The notes under the pieces are model-generated. The model was not told the origin of the DNA. It saw only the letters and a program-made list of their open reading frames with translations, and did not search any database. Shown here one piece after another: positions 1 to 9,869 of a stretch of DNA of 64,000 bases. The translations under genes and the position numbers were made by a program. Position 1 is the first letter of the stretch. Each line of letters starts with the position of its first letter. Location: contig DAOUJC010000004.1 of assembly GCA_034423135.1 (NCBI GenBank), positions 65,738 to 129,737 on the forward strand, read 5' to 3'. Source of the DNA: Dehalococcoidia bacterium (GTDB taxonomy: Bacteria; Chloroflexota; Dehalococcoidia; Lucifugimonadales; UBA2985).

Positions 1-2330
1 ATCGCAGTGTCCAGGACCGCATCATATACGACCTTGCAGGCGTCCGCGAGCGCTACGGCGGCCTGGAGCCTGTCCAGCAGCCGCATGTGAAGGCGCTGCA
101 GGGCGACTCGTCGGACAACATCCGCGGCGTGCCGGGCGTCGGCGTCAAGACCGCCGTCAAACTGATCGTGGACTACGGCAGCATCGACGGCCTCTACGAG
201 AACCTGGAGAGCGTCACGCCGCCGCGCATCCGCGCGCTGCTCGAGGAGCACGAGAACGACGCGCGGGAGGGCTTGGCGCTCACGACCATAATCGACCGCG
301 TGCCCATCGCGCTGGACACGGAGGCAGCCCGATTCTGGCGGTATGACCGTGAGCGCGTGGTGGAGCTTCTGCGGGAGCTGGAGTTCGCCAGCATAGTCTC
401 GCGGGTGCCCAGCCTCGGCGACGAGGGCGGCGCTGCGCCGGGTGCGGCTTCACAGTCCATGCAGGCCGCGCTCATTCCTGAGAGCGAGGCGCCTGATGGC
501 GACTATCGCACAGTGGACAGCATGGAGGCTCTGCAGGCGATGGTGTCCGAGCTGCGGGCCGCGGGCAGCTTCGCATTCGACGTTGAGACTACGAGCCGCG
601 ACCCGATGGCGTCGCATCTCGTTGGGCTGTCGTTCTCATGCGAGGGCGGCGTGGCGTACTACGTGCCGGTCGGGCACGACGAGGGCGCGCAGCTGCCGCT
701 CGATGAGGTTTTGTCGGTCCTGAGGCCGCTGCTGGAGGATGAGGCCGTGGGTAAGACGGCCCACAACGCCAATTACGACATGACCGTGCTGGCGAACTAC
801 GGCGTCAACGTCCGCGGCGTGGACTTCGACACGATGGTGGCCGCCCACCTCCTCGGCGAGAAGGTGCTGGGCCTCAAGAACCTGGCGTTCACTAGGCTGA
901 ACGTGGAGATGACGAACATCGACGCGCTCATAGGCACGGGCCGCAAGCAGAAGACGATGGCGCAGGTGCCGGTCGAGGACGCGGCGGCATACGCTGCCGC
1001 AGACGCCGACATGACGCAGCGGCTGAAGGACCTGTTCGGCCCGCCGCTCATGAGCGAGGACAAGCTGGCGTCCGTCTTCGCCGGCATGGAGATGCCGCTT
1101 GTGCCCGTGCTGGTGAAGATGCAGCGCAACGGCGTCGCGCTTGACGTCGAGCGGCTCAAGCGGATGGCCGACGCGCTGGGCGAGCGGCTGTACCAGGTCG
1201 AGGATGAGATACTGGGCGCGGTCGGCCACCGGTTTTCGCTGAACTCCACGCAGCAGCTTGCTGACGTGCTGTTCAACGAGCTGCGACTGCCCAGGTCAAA
1301 GCGCACGAAGACCGGCTACTCCACAGACGCGTCCGTGCTGGAGGGCTTGAGGGTGATGATCAAGGAGGGCCAGGCCGCCGACGCCGACCCGAGGGCGCCC
1401 GAGGTGCTGGACGGCATCCTGGAGTATCGCGAGCTGTCCAAGCTCAAGTCTACGTACGTTGACTCGCTGCCGCTTCTGGTCAACCCGTGGACAGGGCGCG
1501 TACACACCAGCTACAACCAGACCGGCTCTGCGACGGGCCGCGTGTCCAGCAACGACCCGAACCTCCAGAACATACCGGTGCGCACGGAGCTTGGCCGGGA
1601 GGTGCGCCGCGCGTTCGTGGCGGAGGGCGCGCCGGAGTGGACGCTGCTGGCCGCGGACTACTCGCAGATCGAGCTGCGTGTGCTGGCCCACGTGTCCGGC
1701 GACCGCGGGCTGGTGGAGGCGTTCCTTCGCGACGAGGATATCCACTCGGCGACGGCGTCGCAGGTGTACGGCGTGGCGCTGGACGCGGTGACGCCGGACA
1801 TGAGGCGCATCGCCAAGGTGATGAACTTCGGGGTCATCTACGGGCTGAGCGCTTACGGCATCTCGCAGCAGACGGACCTGGCGCCGGACGAGGGCGCGAG
1901 GTTCATCGAGAGCTACTTCTCCCGCTACCCGGGCATCCGCGACTACCTGGACGAGACGAGGGCGCAGGCTCGGAGGCTCGGCTACCTGGAGACGCTGAGC
2001 GGGCGCCGTCGCTACATCCCGGAGGTGAACTCGCCCAACTTCCACATGAGGCAGGCTGCGGAGCGGATGGCGGTGAACATGCCGATTCAGGGCACGGCTG
2101 CGGACGTGATCAAGCTGGCGATGGTGAGCATAGACCGGCGCATGGAGGAAGAGGGGCTGCGCTCGCGCATGATACTCCAGGTCCACGATGAGCTCATCTT
2201 CGAGGTGGCGATGGACGAGATCGAGGCGGTGACTTCGCTGGTGTCGGAGCTGATGCCGGCGGCGCTGGAGCTGGTGGTGCCGCTGAAGGTGGACCTCAAG
2301 AGCGGGCCTACGTGGGGGGATTTGGAGTAG
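1..2330 (+). CDS. polA: DNA polymerase I, 5' end upstream of window
   Basis: Frame 3 is open from position 3 (RSVQDRIIYDLAGVRERYGGLEPVQQPHVKALQGDSSDNIRGVPGVGVKTA, the H3TH part of the 5'-3' exonuclease domain). A 3'-5' exo-like region follows. Pol A motifs are present: DYSQIELRVLAH, RRIAKVMNFGVIYG, QVHDELIFE. Confidence 0.95.
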   Translation, partial: RSVQDRIIYDLAGVRERYGGLEPVQQPHVKALQGDSSDNIRGVPGVGVKTAVKLIVDYGSIDGLYENLESVTPPRIRALLEEHENDAREGLALTTIIDRVPIALDTEAARFWRYDRERVVELLRELEFASIVSRVPSLGDEGGAAPGAASQSMQAALIPESEAPDGDYRTVDSMEALQAMVSELRAAGSFAFDVETTSRDPMASHLVGLSFSCEGGVAYYVPVGHDEGAQLPLDEVLSVLRPLLEDEAVGKTAHNANYDMTVLANYGVNVRGVDFDTMVAAHLLGEKVLGLKNLAFTRLNVEMTNIDALIGTGRKQKTMAQVPVEDAAAYAAADADMTQRLKDLFGPPLMSEDKLASVFAGMEMPLVPVLVKMQRNGVALDVERLKRMADALGERLYQVEDEILGAVGHRFSLNSTQQLADVLFNELRLPRSKRTKTGYSTDASVLEGLRVMIKEGQAADADPRAPEVLDGILEYRELSKLKSTYVDSLPLLVNPWTGRVHTSYNQTGSATGRVSSNDPNLQNIPVRTELGREVRRAFVAEGAPEWTLLAADYSQIELRVLAHVSGDRGLVEAFLRDEDIHSATASQVYGVALDAVTPDMRRIAKVMNFGVIYGLSAYGISQQTDLAPDEGARFIESYFSRYPGIRDYLDETRAQARRLGYLETLSGRRRYIPEVNSPNFHMRQAAERMAVNMPIQGTAADVIKLAMVSIDRRMEEEGLRSRMILQVHDELIFEVAMDEIEAVTSLVSELMPAALELVVPLKVDLKSGPTWGDLE

Positions 2331-2356
2331 GGGGAGTCTGAAAGGAGATAACGCGG

Positions 2357-2797
2357 ATGAACGCAACGGGCAAGTTTGTTTGGCTTGGGCTGGGTATCTT
2401 CTTGGGGATTGGCATCGCGGCCGCCATCGGCGTAATGGTCGTCGACTTGCTCATCCCCTGGGAAGACATTTGCCCTATCCTCGGTCCTGCTCAAAGATTG
2501 GCAGAAATTGGAACGGGCCTGATAGCTGAACTTCAGTCTTGGCTAGCGAAGGCGGAGAGTCTCCTACAGACGGGATCGTCGAATGAGGCGAGTGAAGAGG
2601 CAAGATCCGGGCTAGGCGGTATTCTGGATAGGGCGGGGGAGATTGCAGGCGATGTGCGTGATAGCGCTGTCGATATTGTGACCGCTCCGTTGCGGGCACT
2701 AATTGACCTAGGGCAAGAGGTGCTCAGAGCAGTACAAGAGGCGGTTGACGCGGCGCGTAATGTCATAGCGACCATAGAAGAGGCACGCTGTGAGTAG
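2357..2797 (+). CDS. hypothetical membrane-anchored protein
   Basis: 146-aa ORF with one N-terminal hydrophobic helix (FVWLGLGIFLGIGIAAAIGVMVV) and a helical Ala/Glu-rich C-terminus. A GGAG lies upstream of the ATG. Local G+C is lower than the flanks. I recognise no family. Confidence 0.45.
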   Translation: MNATGKFVWLGLGIFLGIGIAAAIGVMVVDLLIPWEDICPILGPAQRLAEIGTGLIAELQSWLAKAESLLQTGSSNEASEEARSGLGGILDRAGEIAGDVRDSAVDIVTAPLRALIDLGQEVLRAVQEAVDAARNVIATIEEARCE

Positions 2798-2833
2798 TGT
2801 CAAGCTCCCTGACTAGCCGCTGCGGCAGGGCTA

Positions 2834-2873
2834 TTGCAAGAGGCGGGCGCAATGTGCTATCATATTGATAGCA
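2834..2873 (+). promoter_or_regulatory. candidate promoter plus palindromic operator of vapBC-1
   Basis: TTGCAA (2834-2839), an 18-nt spacer, then TATCAT (2858-2863). A perfect inverted repeat TGCTATCA-TAT-TGATAGCA (2855-2873) overlaps the -10 and lies 19 nt upstream of the antitoxin ATG. Confidence 0.4.
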
Positions 2874-2891
2874 GAGGGTCAAGGAGGCGAA

Positions 2892-3155
2892 ATGGGGACT
2901 CTCAATGTTCGGCGTCTTGATGATGACGTGCTCAGGCGGCTGAAGCTTCGCGCCGCTGAGAACAACCGCTCCCTGGAGGGCGAGGCCAGACACATCCTTG
3001 AGCAGGCAGTCCTGACTGCGCCGGGTTTGTCCGACCGGAGAAGATCGTTCATCGAACTGGCAGCCCGCCTGAGAAAGGAAACCGAAGGCACCTACCAGAC
3101 CCCCGGCGCGCTGCTCATTAGAGAGGCTCGCGACAGCGATTACCAGCTTTCGTGA
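2892..3155 (+). CDS. vapB: ribbon-helix-helix antitoxin (VapB/FitA-like)
   Basis: AAGGAGG (2881-2887) precedes the ATG at 2892. The sequence MGTLNVRRLDDDVLRRLKLRAAENNRSLEGEARHIL is typical of Arc/MetJ-type antitoxins. There is a 4-nt overlap with the downstream PIN gene. Confidence 0.75.
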   Translation: MGTLNVRRLDDDVLRRLKLRAAENNRSLEGEARHILEQAVLTAPGLSDRRRSFIELAARLRKETEGTYQTPGALLIREARDSDYQLS

Positions 3156-3589
3156 TGCGGTTGGTAGTTGACGCAAGCGTGGCCGTCAAGTGGCTGGTCG
3201 CGGAGGAAGACTCTGAGCTGGCTCTTCGCGTTCTGCACAGCGACCATGAGTTGCTCGCGCCGCGGCTCATGGCCTCTGAGGTGAGCGGCGCTCTGACGCG
3301 CAAGGTCCGCAGGGGGCAGTTGGAGCGCAGCCAAGCCGCGGAGATTGCTGCCTCCATCCCGGAGATGGTTGACGCGTGGGCCGCTGACGATGGCATCGTT
3401 CCCGACGCCGTCCGCTTGTCTCTGGCTCTGGACCTGCCCATTTACGACTGCGTCTACCTGGCGCTGGCGCTCAATGAGGGAGGCATCATGGTCACGGCCG
3501 ATGTCCGTTTCGTGAACGCCGTCGCTCGTACAGAGCACCGAGAAGACGTGCTCTCCCTGGAAGCGTTTGAGGGGCTTGTGCTGGAGTGA
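3152..3589 (+). CDS. vapC: PIN-domain toxin (VapC family)
   Basis: LVVDASVAVKWL carries the first acidic residue, and later acidic positions are present (DCVYLALA, VTADVRF). The size (145 aa) and coupling to an RHH gene fit the family. Confidence 0.85.
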   Translation: MMRLVVDASVAVKWLVAEEDSELALRVLHSDHELLAPRLMASEVSGALTRKVRRGQLERSQAAEIAASIPEMVDAWAADDGIVPDAVRLSLALDLPIYDCVYLALALNEGGIMVTADVRFVNAVARTEHREDVLSLEAFEGLVLE

Positions 3590-3685
3590 CGTTGCGGCAC
3601 GCCTACAGGGGCATTCGTTGAGTGTGCCAGTTGTTGCAGGATTGACGCGCCTGTGCCTTGCTTCACCTGTCGGTAGGCGCCTGAC

Positions 3686-4438
3686 GTGAACGCCCCTGGA
3701 GACGACCTGCGCCGCGCCTTCCTGGCCGGGCTGCGGCAGGTGGCTACTGCCTTCTTCATCCTGGCCGTGCCTGTATTTCTGCTGACCACCAACGTACGCC
3801 TGGCCTTCGACAGCCTGGCGCTCTATCGCTACGGCTTCGAGCAGTACGACGTGACCACCACCACGGGCCTCAGCATGGATCAGCTCATGGACGTGGCAAC
3901 CGAGGTCCGCGACTACTTCAACTCCCCGGACGAGCTGCTGGACGTGCAGGTGACGCTGGCCGGAGAGGTGCGGCCCCTCTTCAACGAGCGCGAGATACTC
4001 CACATGCGGGACGTGAAGGGGCTTGTGCGGGCCGTGCACGCGGTGCAGGCGCTTTCCGGCGCGTACCTGCTTGGCTATGCGGGAGTTGTGATGGGGTTCG
4101 GGCGATGGAGCGGCGCGCGTGCGGTTGCGCGACGGCTGGCGATGGGGTGCTTATCCGCCGTGCTGCTGCTCGCCGTGGGTGGACTGTCGACGCTGGTGGG
4201 CTTCGACCAGCTATTCTACAGGTTTCACGTCATCAGCTTTGCCAGCGGCACGTGGACGTTTGACCCGCGGTACAACTACCTGACAAGGCTGTTCACGGAG
4301 GGGTTCTTCATGCAGGCCGCGCTGATTGTGGCAGCCGCGGTGATAATCGAGGCGATCGTGCTGGCGGCCGCGTCACTGGTCGCGATGAGGTGGCTTTCGA
4401 GGCGTGAGTCAGCTGCGACCGGGGAGTCTCGGCGCTAG
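3686..4438 (+). CDS. integral membrane protein, DUF1461/TIGR01906-like
   Basis: GTG start. N-terminal TM segment, an extracytoplasmic region with YRYGFEQYDV and EREILHMRDVKGL, then three C-terminal TM helices. The family assignment is from memory of that architecture. Confidence 0.55.
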   Translation: MNAPGDDLRRAFLAGLRQVATAFFILAVPVFLLTTNVRLAFDSLALYRYGFEQYDVTTTTGLSMDQLMDVATEVRDYFNSPDELLDVQVTLAGEVRPLFNEREILHMRDVKGLVRAVHAVQALSGAYLLGYAGVVMGFGRWSGARAVARRLAMGCLSAVLLLAVGGLSTLVGFDQLFYRFHVISFASGTWTFDPRYNYLTRLFTEGFFMQAALIVAAAVIIEAIVLAAASLVAMRWLSRRESAATGESRR

Positions 4439-4439
4439 G

Positions 4440-4688
4440 CTAGCAGACGAAGCTACCGACGTCGCCGCAGCCGCAGGCGTCGTGGCCGTCATCGCAGCCG
4501 CCGCTGGTCACGCCAACCGGCATCAACTCGCCTCCCGGCGCCTTCGTGATCGCCGCGAACATCGAGAGCACCCTGGTCGAGGGGATGCCGCATTCCGGGC
4601 AGTCCGCAGGCTCGTCGAATGCGTCCATGGGGCGCATGCGCTCGAAGAGGATCTGGCAGGGGGGGCAGGAGTACTCGTAAATCGGCAT
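4440..4688 (-). CDS. FmdB-family zinc-ribbon protein
   Basis: MPIYEYSCPPCQ...CPECG is the CxxC-x(n)-CxxC ribbon. A Gly/Cys/Asp-rich tail follows. Confidence 0.8.
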   Translation of the reverse strand: MPIYEYSCPPCQILFERMRPMDAFDEPADCPECGIPSTRVLSMFAAITKAPGGELMPVGVTSGGCDDGHDACGCGDVGSFVC

Positions 4689-4765
4689 CGTGCTACCTCG
4701 CTTGTTGGCTTCCCCGATTCTACCGAACTGTGCCGTGCGCGGTCAAGGCGTCTTCAGCTGCTCCA

Positions 4766-4840
4766 GTTCACCATGAGCGGGCGCGCCACAGATTGCGAAA
4801 GCCCGCTCATATGGTTCGACGGGCTCACCATGAGCGGGTC
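4766..4840. repeat. interspersed hairpin repeat, family 1 (core GGTTCGACRGGCTCACC between CCCGCTCA and TGAGCGGG)
   Basis: ATGAGCGGG (4773-4781), CCCGCTCAT (4802-4810) and ATGAGCGGG (4829-4837) form two consecutive stem-loops. The second loop contains GGTTCGACGGGCTCACC. Confidence 0.8.
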
Positions 4841-4882
4841 GGGGTGTGCCGAGCCGCCTGGAGCAGCGCGCTCGCTGCTCCC

Positions 4883-5449
4883 TCAGCGTCTCCGTCGTGC
4901 CGGCCGGCGCGCCGATCCACCGGCAGTCGTACGCCTGATGTACCACGCCGCGGAAATCAGGATGGGCAGCGCGGCGATGACCACCGCCACAACTCCCCAG
5001 TTGACGCTGCCGGAGCTCACCTGCACGGGGAACTCGACAACAGTCGAATCCTCGCCCTGGGAAATGTCCACCGCGAAGCTCCACTCGCCATCCTGAGGTA
5101 GCCTGATGTTCAGGTCGTACCAGTTGAGGGCTGCGGTTGTAGGCTCAGCGTTGACCGGCCCCACGGACAGCGAGTCCGGAGCGGGGCCGGTTGCCCGCGC
5201 CCACACGGATGCGTCGTTGACCGGAATCAAGTTGTCCGCCGACTCCACCACCACTGACATGTGCAGGTTGCCCACTCGTGGCGTCGGCGGCGAAACCCTG
5301 ATCTGCACGCGGTAGGGTCCCTGCGTCGTGTCGAGGATGGACACGGTCTGGCCGTTGGCGCTGGCCGGCGATACAGGCGCGACGAGCCACGCGGCCATCA
5401 CGGGCAGTGCGACGAGGAGCGCGAATGCGGCCTTTCTCAAGGGTTGCAA
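4883..5449 (-). CDS. secreted FixH/YtkA-like protein with C-terminal membrane anchor
   Basis: Signal peptide (ALLVALPVMAAWLVAPVSPASA), a beta-rich middle region, a C-terminal TM helix and an Arg-rich tail. It lies downstream of the copA-YHS genes on the same strand. The fold assignment is tentative. Confidence 0.45.
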   Translation of the reverse strand: MQPLRKAAFALLVALPVMAAWLVAPVSPASANGQTVSILDTTQGPYRVQIRVSPPTPRVGNLHMSVVVESADNLIPVNDASVWARATGPAPDSLSVGPVNAEPTTAALNWYDLNIRLPQDGEWSFAVDISQGEDSTVVEFPVQVSSGSVNWGVVAVVIAALPILISAAWYIRRTTAGGSARRPARRRR

Positions 5450-5607
5450 AGAGGCACCTGAGGGGACGTGGATCGCAGCTTGAGTTGCACGCGCAGTCGC
5501 GTATCGTCCGGGCTGGGCGAGGATGGAGCTAGGGGTTGCGTCATGCTGCGCATTTTACATGGGCGCGGCGCGTCGCCGCAAGGCCGCCGGCGGCGCAGCG
5601 GAGCGCG

Positions 5608-5811
5608 CTACATCTCGATGCGCTTTTCGCCGGACAGGTACGCCTCCGGCTCCCGCGAGAAGGCGACTCGGCAGCCCGGCGCGCAGAAGTAGTAGGTCTG
5701 CCCATCGTGGTCGTGCGTGCCACCGCGGGGAGACTTCATGTCCACCTCCATGCTGCACACCGGGTCGATTGCTGAGTCGCCGCGACCTCTGACCAGTAGA
5801 GGTATCCTCAT
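5608..5811 (-). CDS. YHS/TRASH-domain metal-binding protein
   Basis: DPVCSMEVD...[15 protein letters not shown]. The ATG overlaps the copA stop by 4 nt. Confidence 0.8.
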   Translation of the reverse strand: MRIPLLVRGRGDSAIDPVCSMEVDMKSPRGGTHDHDGQTYYFCAPGCRVAFSREPEAYLSGEKRIEM

Positions 5812-8327
5812 GACGAGACCTCCGGACTTCGATTTCGTGTTCCCCTGTAACGCTGCAGCCTGAGGGAGTTGCTCACCACGCTGAACGAACTGAGGGCCAT
5901 GGCCGCCGCGGCCATCATGGGGTTGAGGAAGCCGTGCTCGCCCAGGAGCGGCTGAAGCGCCGCCGGCACGTCGCCGGTGAAGAAGGGGTAGAGCACTCCC
6001 GCCGCCAGCGGAATCAGCGCCGTGTTGTAGAAGAAGGCCCAGAACAGGTTCTGGCGAATCACTCGCATGGTTGCCCTGCTGAGGTCCAGAGCGCCGGCGA
6101 TGCCGTGCAGGTCGTCCCGCACCAGGGTGATGTCCGCGGCCTCCATTGCCACGTCCGCGCCTGCGCCTATGGCGATACCCACGTTGGCCTGAGCCAGCGC
6201 GGGGGCGTCGTTGATCCCGTCGCCCACCATTGCCACGGTTGCGTCTGCTTCCTGCAGCTCGCGAATAGCGCTCGCCTTGCCGCCCGGAAGGACGTCGGCC
6301 ACCACCCGCTCAATGCCCACGTCCGCGGCGATAGCCTCCGCCGTACGTCGGTTGTCGCCCGTCAGCATGACCACGTCGAGGCCCATGCCGCGCAGCGTGC
6401 GGACGACCTCGGCGGCCTCCGGCCTCGGCGAGTCCGCGACGGCAATGACGCCGATGGCCCGCCCGTCGAGTGCGACGAACACCGGCGTCCTGCCCATAGC
6501 GGATAGGCGTGCTTCCTCCGGCTCAAGGCCGTTCAGGTCGCAGTCCAGCTCACGCATGAGCGCCAGGTTGCCAAGCGCGACCGACTCGCCGCCCACTGTG
6601 GCTCGGATACCGCGACCGGGGATGGCCTGGAAGTCTCGGACCTCTTCGAGGGCGAGGCCGCGCTTTTCTGCCGCGGCCAGGATCGCGTCGCGCAGCGGGT
6701 GCTCGGAGCCGCGCTCCGCGGACGCCGCAAGTGTCAGCAGTCGATCCTCGGACACGCCGGAGACCGCGACCTCAGTGACCCTGGGCCTGCCCAGCGTGAG
6801 CGTTCCGGTCTTGTCGAGCACCACGGTGTCCACGCGGTGGGCCGTTTCCAGCGATTCGGCGCTGCGTATGAGTATGCCACGCTCGGCGCCCTTGCCCGTA
6901 CCCGCCATGATGGCCGTGGGCGTGGCGAGACCCAGCGCACAGGGGCAGGCGATGACCAGCACAGCGACCATGTTGAGAAGCGCGTAGATGTGCGCGGGCG
7001 ATGGCCCGGCCAGAAGCCACACGAGGAACGTGGCCAGCGCAATGCCGATCACCACCTGCACGAACCAGCCGGAGACCACGTCCGCGAGACGCTGGATCGG
7101 CGCCTTGGATCCCTGCGCGTCCTGCACCATGCGGATGATGCCGGCCAGCGCCGTTGCCGCGCCGACCCTGGTTGCGCGCAGTTGGAAGCTGCCCGTGCCG
7201 TTCAGCGTGGCGCCATACACGGGCGAGTCGACCGTCTTCTCGACAGGGACACTCTCGCCTGTGAGCATGGACTCGTCCACGGAGGATGCGCCCTGCACCA
7301 CGACGCCGTCGACGGGAAGCCTCTCGCCAGGTCTAACCACCACCACGTCGCCGGGGACCACGTCTTCCACTGGTACGCTCGCCTCTGCGCCATCGCGCAG
7401 TATGGTGGCATGCCTGGGCTGAAGGCCCATCAGCTTGCGTATCGCCTCGGAGGTGCGGCCCTTCGCACGGGCCTCCAGGTAGCGCCCGAACAGGATGAGC
7501 GCGATTATGATTGCCGCCGTATCGAAGTAGACCTTGGCGTCCGCCTGCTCCACGCTGAGCGCGTCCGGGAAGAGCGTGGCCGCCGCGCTGAACGCGTAAG
7601 CTACGCTGGTGCCCACTGCGATGAGGGTGTTCATGTTGGCGGTGCGGTGCTTCAGGCCGCCCCATGCGCCGTGGTAGAACTGCCAGCCCGCCCACAGCTG
7701 CACAGGTGTGGCCAGCGCCCACAGCGTGTACCAGTTCTGCAGGAATGACGGCACCCACGGGAACAGCTCGCGGAAGCTGCCGAGGAAGATGACAAGGCCA
7801 AGGGTGGACGCCACGAGCGTCCGTCGCCGCAGCCCGGCGATTTCGCGGGTGCGGGCCAGCCGTTCCGCGTCGTGGCTCGACTCGTCGCCAGCCACGCCCT
7901 CCACGGAGTAGCCTGCGTCGCTCACGGCATAGCGCATGTCAGGCAGCGCGGCCAAGCCCGGCAGGTACTCAACTTTGGCCTGCTCGGAAGCCAGGTTGAC
8001 GTTCGCTGAAAGGACGCCCTCCACGTCGCGCAGGGCGTGCTCAACGTGTACCACGCAGGCCGCGCATGTCATGCCGCCCACGTTGAGCGTGATGATCGCA
8101 AGGCCGGTGCGGTATCCGGAGTCGTCCACGGCGCCAATCAGGTCATTGAGCGATGCTTGGCCGCCGTCGAACTCGACCGTGGCTTCCTCCGAGGCAAGGT
8201 TCACGTTGGCCGATACCACGCCTGCGACATCCTTGAGTGCCCCCTCGACGTGGGAGACGCAGGCGGCGCAGGTCATGCCCTCAACGGGTAGGACTACCCT
8301 GCGCAGTTCAGATGTCTTGGCTGTCAT
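5808..8327 (-). CDS. copA: copper-translocating P1B-type ATPase
   Basis: Two N-terminal GMTCAACV heavy-metal-binding motifs, a CPC motif ([12 protein letters not shown]), DKTGT and GDGINDAP. I prefer the ATG at 8327, which has GGGAG upstream. The alternative start at 8363 would overlap thiI. Confidence 0.95.
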   Translation of the reverse strand: MTAKTSELRRVVLPVEGMTCAACVSHVEGALKDVAGVVSANVNLASEEATVEFDGGQASLNDLIGAVDDSGYRTGLAIITLNVGGMTCAACVVHVEHALRDVEGVLSANVNLASEQAKVEYLPGLAALPDMRYAVSDAGYSVEGVAGDESSHDAERLARTREIAGLRRRTLVASTLGLVIFLGSFRELFPWVPSFLQNWYTLWALATPVQLWAGWQFYHGAWGGLKHRTANMNTLIAVGTSVAYAFSAAATLFPDALSVEQADAKVYFDTAAIIIALILFGRYLEARAKGRTSEAIRKLMGLQPRHATILRDGAEASVPVEDVVPGDVVVVRPGERLPVDGVVVQGASSVDESMLTGESVPVEKTVDSPVYGATLNGTGSFQLRATRVGAATALAGIIRMVQDAQGSKAPIQRLADVVSGWFVQVVIGIALATFLVWLLAGPSPAHIYALLNMVAVLVIACPCALGLATPTAIMAGTGKGAERGILIRSAESLETAHRVDTVVLDKTGTLTLGRPRVTEVAVSGVSEDRLLTLAASAERGSEHPLRDAILAAAEKRGLALEEVRDFQAIPGRGIRATVGGESVALGNLALMRELDCDLNGLEPEEARLSAMGRTPVFVALDGRAIGVIAVADSPRPEAAEVVRTLRGMGLDVVMLTGDNRRTAEAIAADVGIERVVADVLPGGKASAIRELQEADATVAMVGDGINDAPALAQANVGIAIGAGADVAMEAADITLVRDDLHGIAGALDLSRATMRVIRQNLFWAFFYNTALIPLAAGVLYPFFTGDVPAALQPLLGEHGFLNPMMAAAAMALSSFSVVSNSLRLQRYRGTRNRSPEVSS

Positions 8328-8352
8328 GTCATAGACTCCCGGCGCGCTCGCG

Positions 8353-9618
8353 TTACGTACCATTATCCGACTTCGCGCCGATGCTGTCCACGCCGCGCCC
8401 GGCGGCCACAGCGGCAGGCCAGGGCGATGCGCCGGACGCCGTGACTATCCGCATCTCTGCTTGCTCCACAGCCCTCGCGACCAGCGCTGGCACGTCAAGC
8501 GCCGATTCCAGCCGCTCGATTTCGGCAGCGTTGGTGCGCGTGGCAGGGTGGCGCGGCGTGAACAGGGAGCAGCAGTCCTCGTCCGGCAGAATCGAGATGT
8601 GGAAGGTGCCGATTCGCCGCGCCTCGTCGATGATCTCCTGCTTGTCCGTGCCAATGAGCGGGCTGAGAATGGGAAGCGTCGCTGCGCTGCGCACCGTGGC
8701 GAGGTTCTCAAGTGTCTGCGACCCAACCTGGCCGAGGCTCTCGCCGGTCACTAGCGCCGCAACTCCGTGCTCCATCGCAATCCTCTCCGCGATGCGGGTC
8801 ATGAACCTCCGGTACACTACCACGCGGTAGGGCGGAGGCACGGACAGGATGATCTCACGCTGCACGTCCGCAAACGGCACCAGGAACAGCGTGGAGCGGA
8901 ACTGGTGCCGGCTGAGAAGCTCCGCAAGCTCCAACGCCTTCTCCCTGGAGGAGCCGTCGACGAGGGGGAAGCTGTGGAAGTGCACGAACATCACCTGGCA
9001 GCCCCGCTTCATCATGCGCCAGGCCGCCACCGGGGAGTCGATGCCGCCGGACATGAGCGCGGCGACGCGGCCGCCGGAGCCGACGGGCAGGCCGCCCGGC
9101 CCCGGCATCTCGCGCAGGTACACCAGCGTCTCCCGCGGCGTGACCTCCACGAAGATGGTGACGTCCGGCTCGCGCAGGCTCACGCGCGCACCAGTCAGTC
9201 GCTCGACGAAGCCGCCCAGCCTGCTGTTGATCTCCAGCGACGTGAGGGGAAATGCCTTGTCCGACCGCTTGGCCGTGATACGGAAGGTGTCAAAGTCCAG
9301 CCCGTCTACCTCGCTCAGCAGCGCCGCCTCAATGGCCTCCAGCGAACGGGAGACCTTGCGGCATCGGTAGAACTTGACCACTCCGAAGACTCGGCCGATT
9401 CGCTCGGCGACCTCCGGCCAGGCCGAGTCCGGCACCGGCGAGACCTCTACGCCGAGGTGCTTGCGCTCCACGCGCTGGACGGACGTGCCTCGGAGGGCCA
9501 GCCTGAGGTTGCGCTCCAGCCGCTGGAAGAAGTGCGGGCGGTTCTTGCCCTTCAGGGCGATCTCGTGGACCCTGACCATCACGGAGTCCGGCGGGCGTTG
9601 TGTGTCGAGAGTGGTCAT
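8353..9618 (-). CDS. thiI: tRNA 4-thiouridine(8) synthase
   Basis: N-terminal ferredoxin-like/THUMP region and PP-loop [11 protein letters not shown]. The 421-aa length is typical of ThiI without a rhodanese domain. Confidence 0.88.
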   Translation of the reverse strand: MTTLDTQRPPDSVMVRVHEIALKGKNRPHFFQRLERNLRLALRGTSVQRVERKHLGVEVSPVPDSAWPEVAERIGRVFGVVKFYRCRKVSRSLEAIEAALLSEVDGLDFDTFRITAKRSDKAFPLTSLEINSRLGGFVERLTGARVSLREPDVTIFVEVTPRETLVYLREMPGPGGLPVGSGGRVAALMSGGIDSPVAAWRMMKRGCQVMFVHFHSFPLVDGSSREKALELAELLSRHQFRSTLFLVPFADVQREIILSVPPPYRVVVYRRFMTRIAERIAMEHGVAALVTGESLGQVGSQTLENLATVRSAATLPILSPLIGTDKQEIIDEARRIGTFHISILPDEDCCSLFTPRHPATRTNAAEIERLESALDVPALVARAVEQAEMRIVTASGASPWPAAVAAGRGVDSIGAKSDNGT

Positions 9619-9699
9619 GTGACGGTTGATGCGGACTGAAGGGCCATGTCCCCGCTACACGGAGGGCCTTGATTGATTCCAGTTGCGGGCGCTCATTCT

Positions 9700-9800
9700 G
9701 CATCACCCCTGCGCAAGCAGGGGGCCAGGGACACCGATATCAGACGAGATGGATTCCCGCTCCCCGCTTTCGCGGGGACAAGCTTCGCGGGAATGACGAG
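9700..9800. repeat. structured interspersed repeat, family 2
   Basis: CCCCTGC-GCAA-GCAGGGG (9707-9724) is a perfect 7-bp stem with a GNRA loop. At 9753-9794, ATTCCCGC...GCGGGAAT encloses TCCCCGC-TTTC-GCGGGGA. Spurious translations give ...RFRGDKLRGNDE / PAFAGTSFAGMT, the signatures I associate with a widespread small-repeat class. Confidence 0.65.
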
Positions 9801-9869
9801 AGGTGTACTTCTATTGGCAATATGCCGCAGTTACGCGAGGGTTGCCCCAATTGGGTGAAAAGGCCTGAG

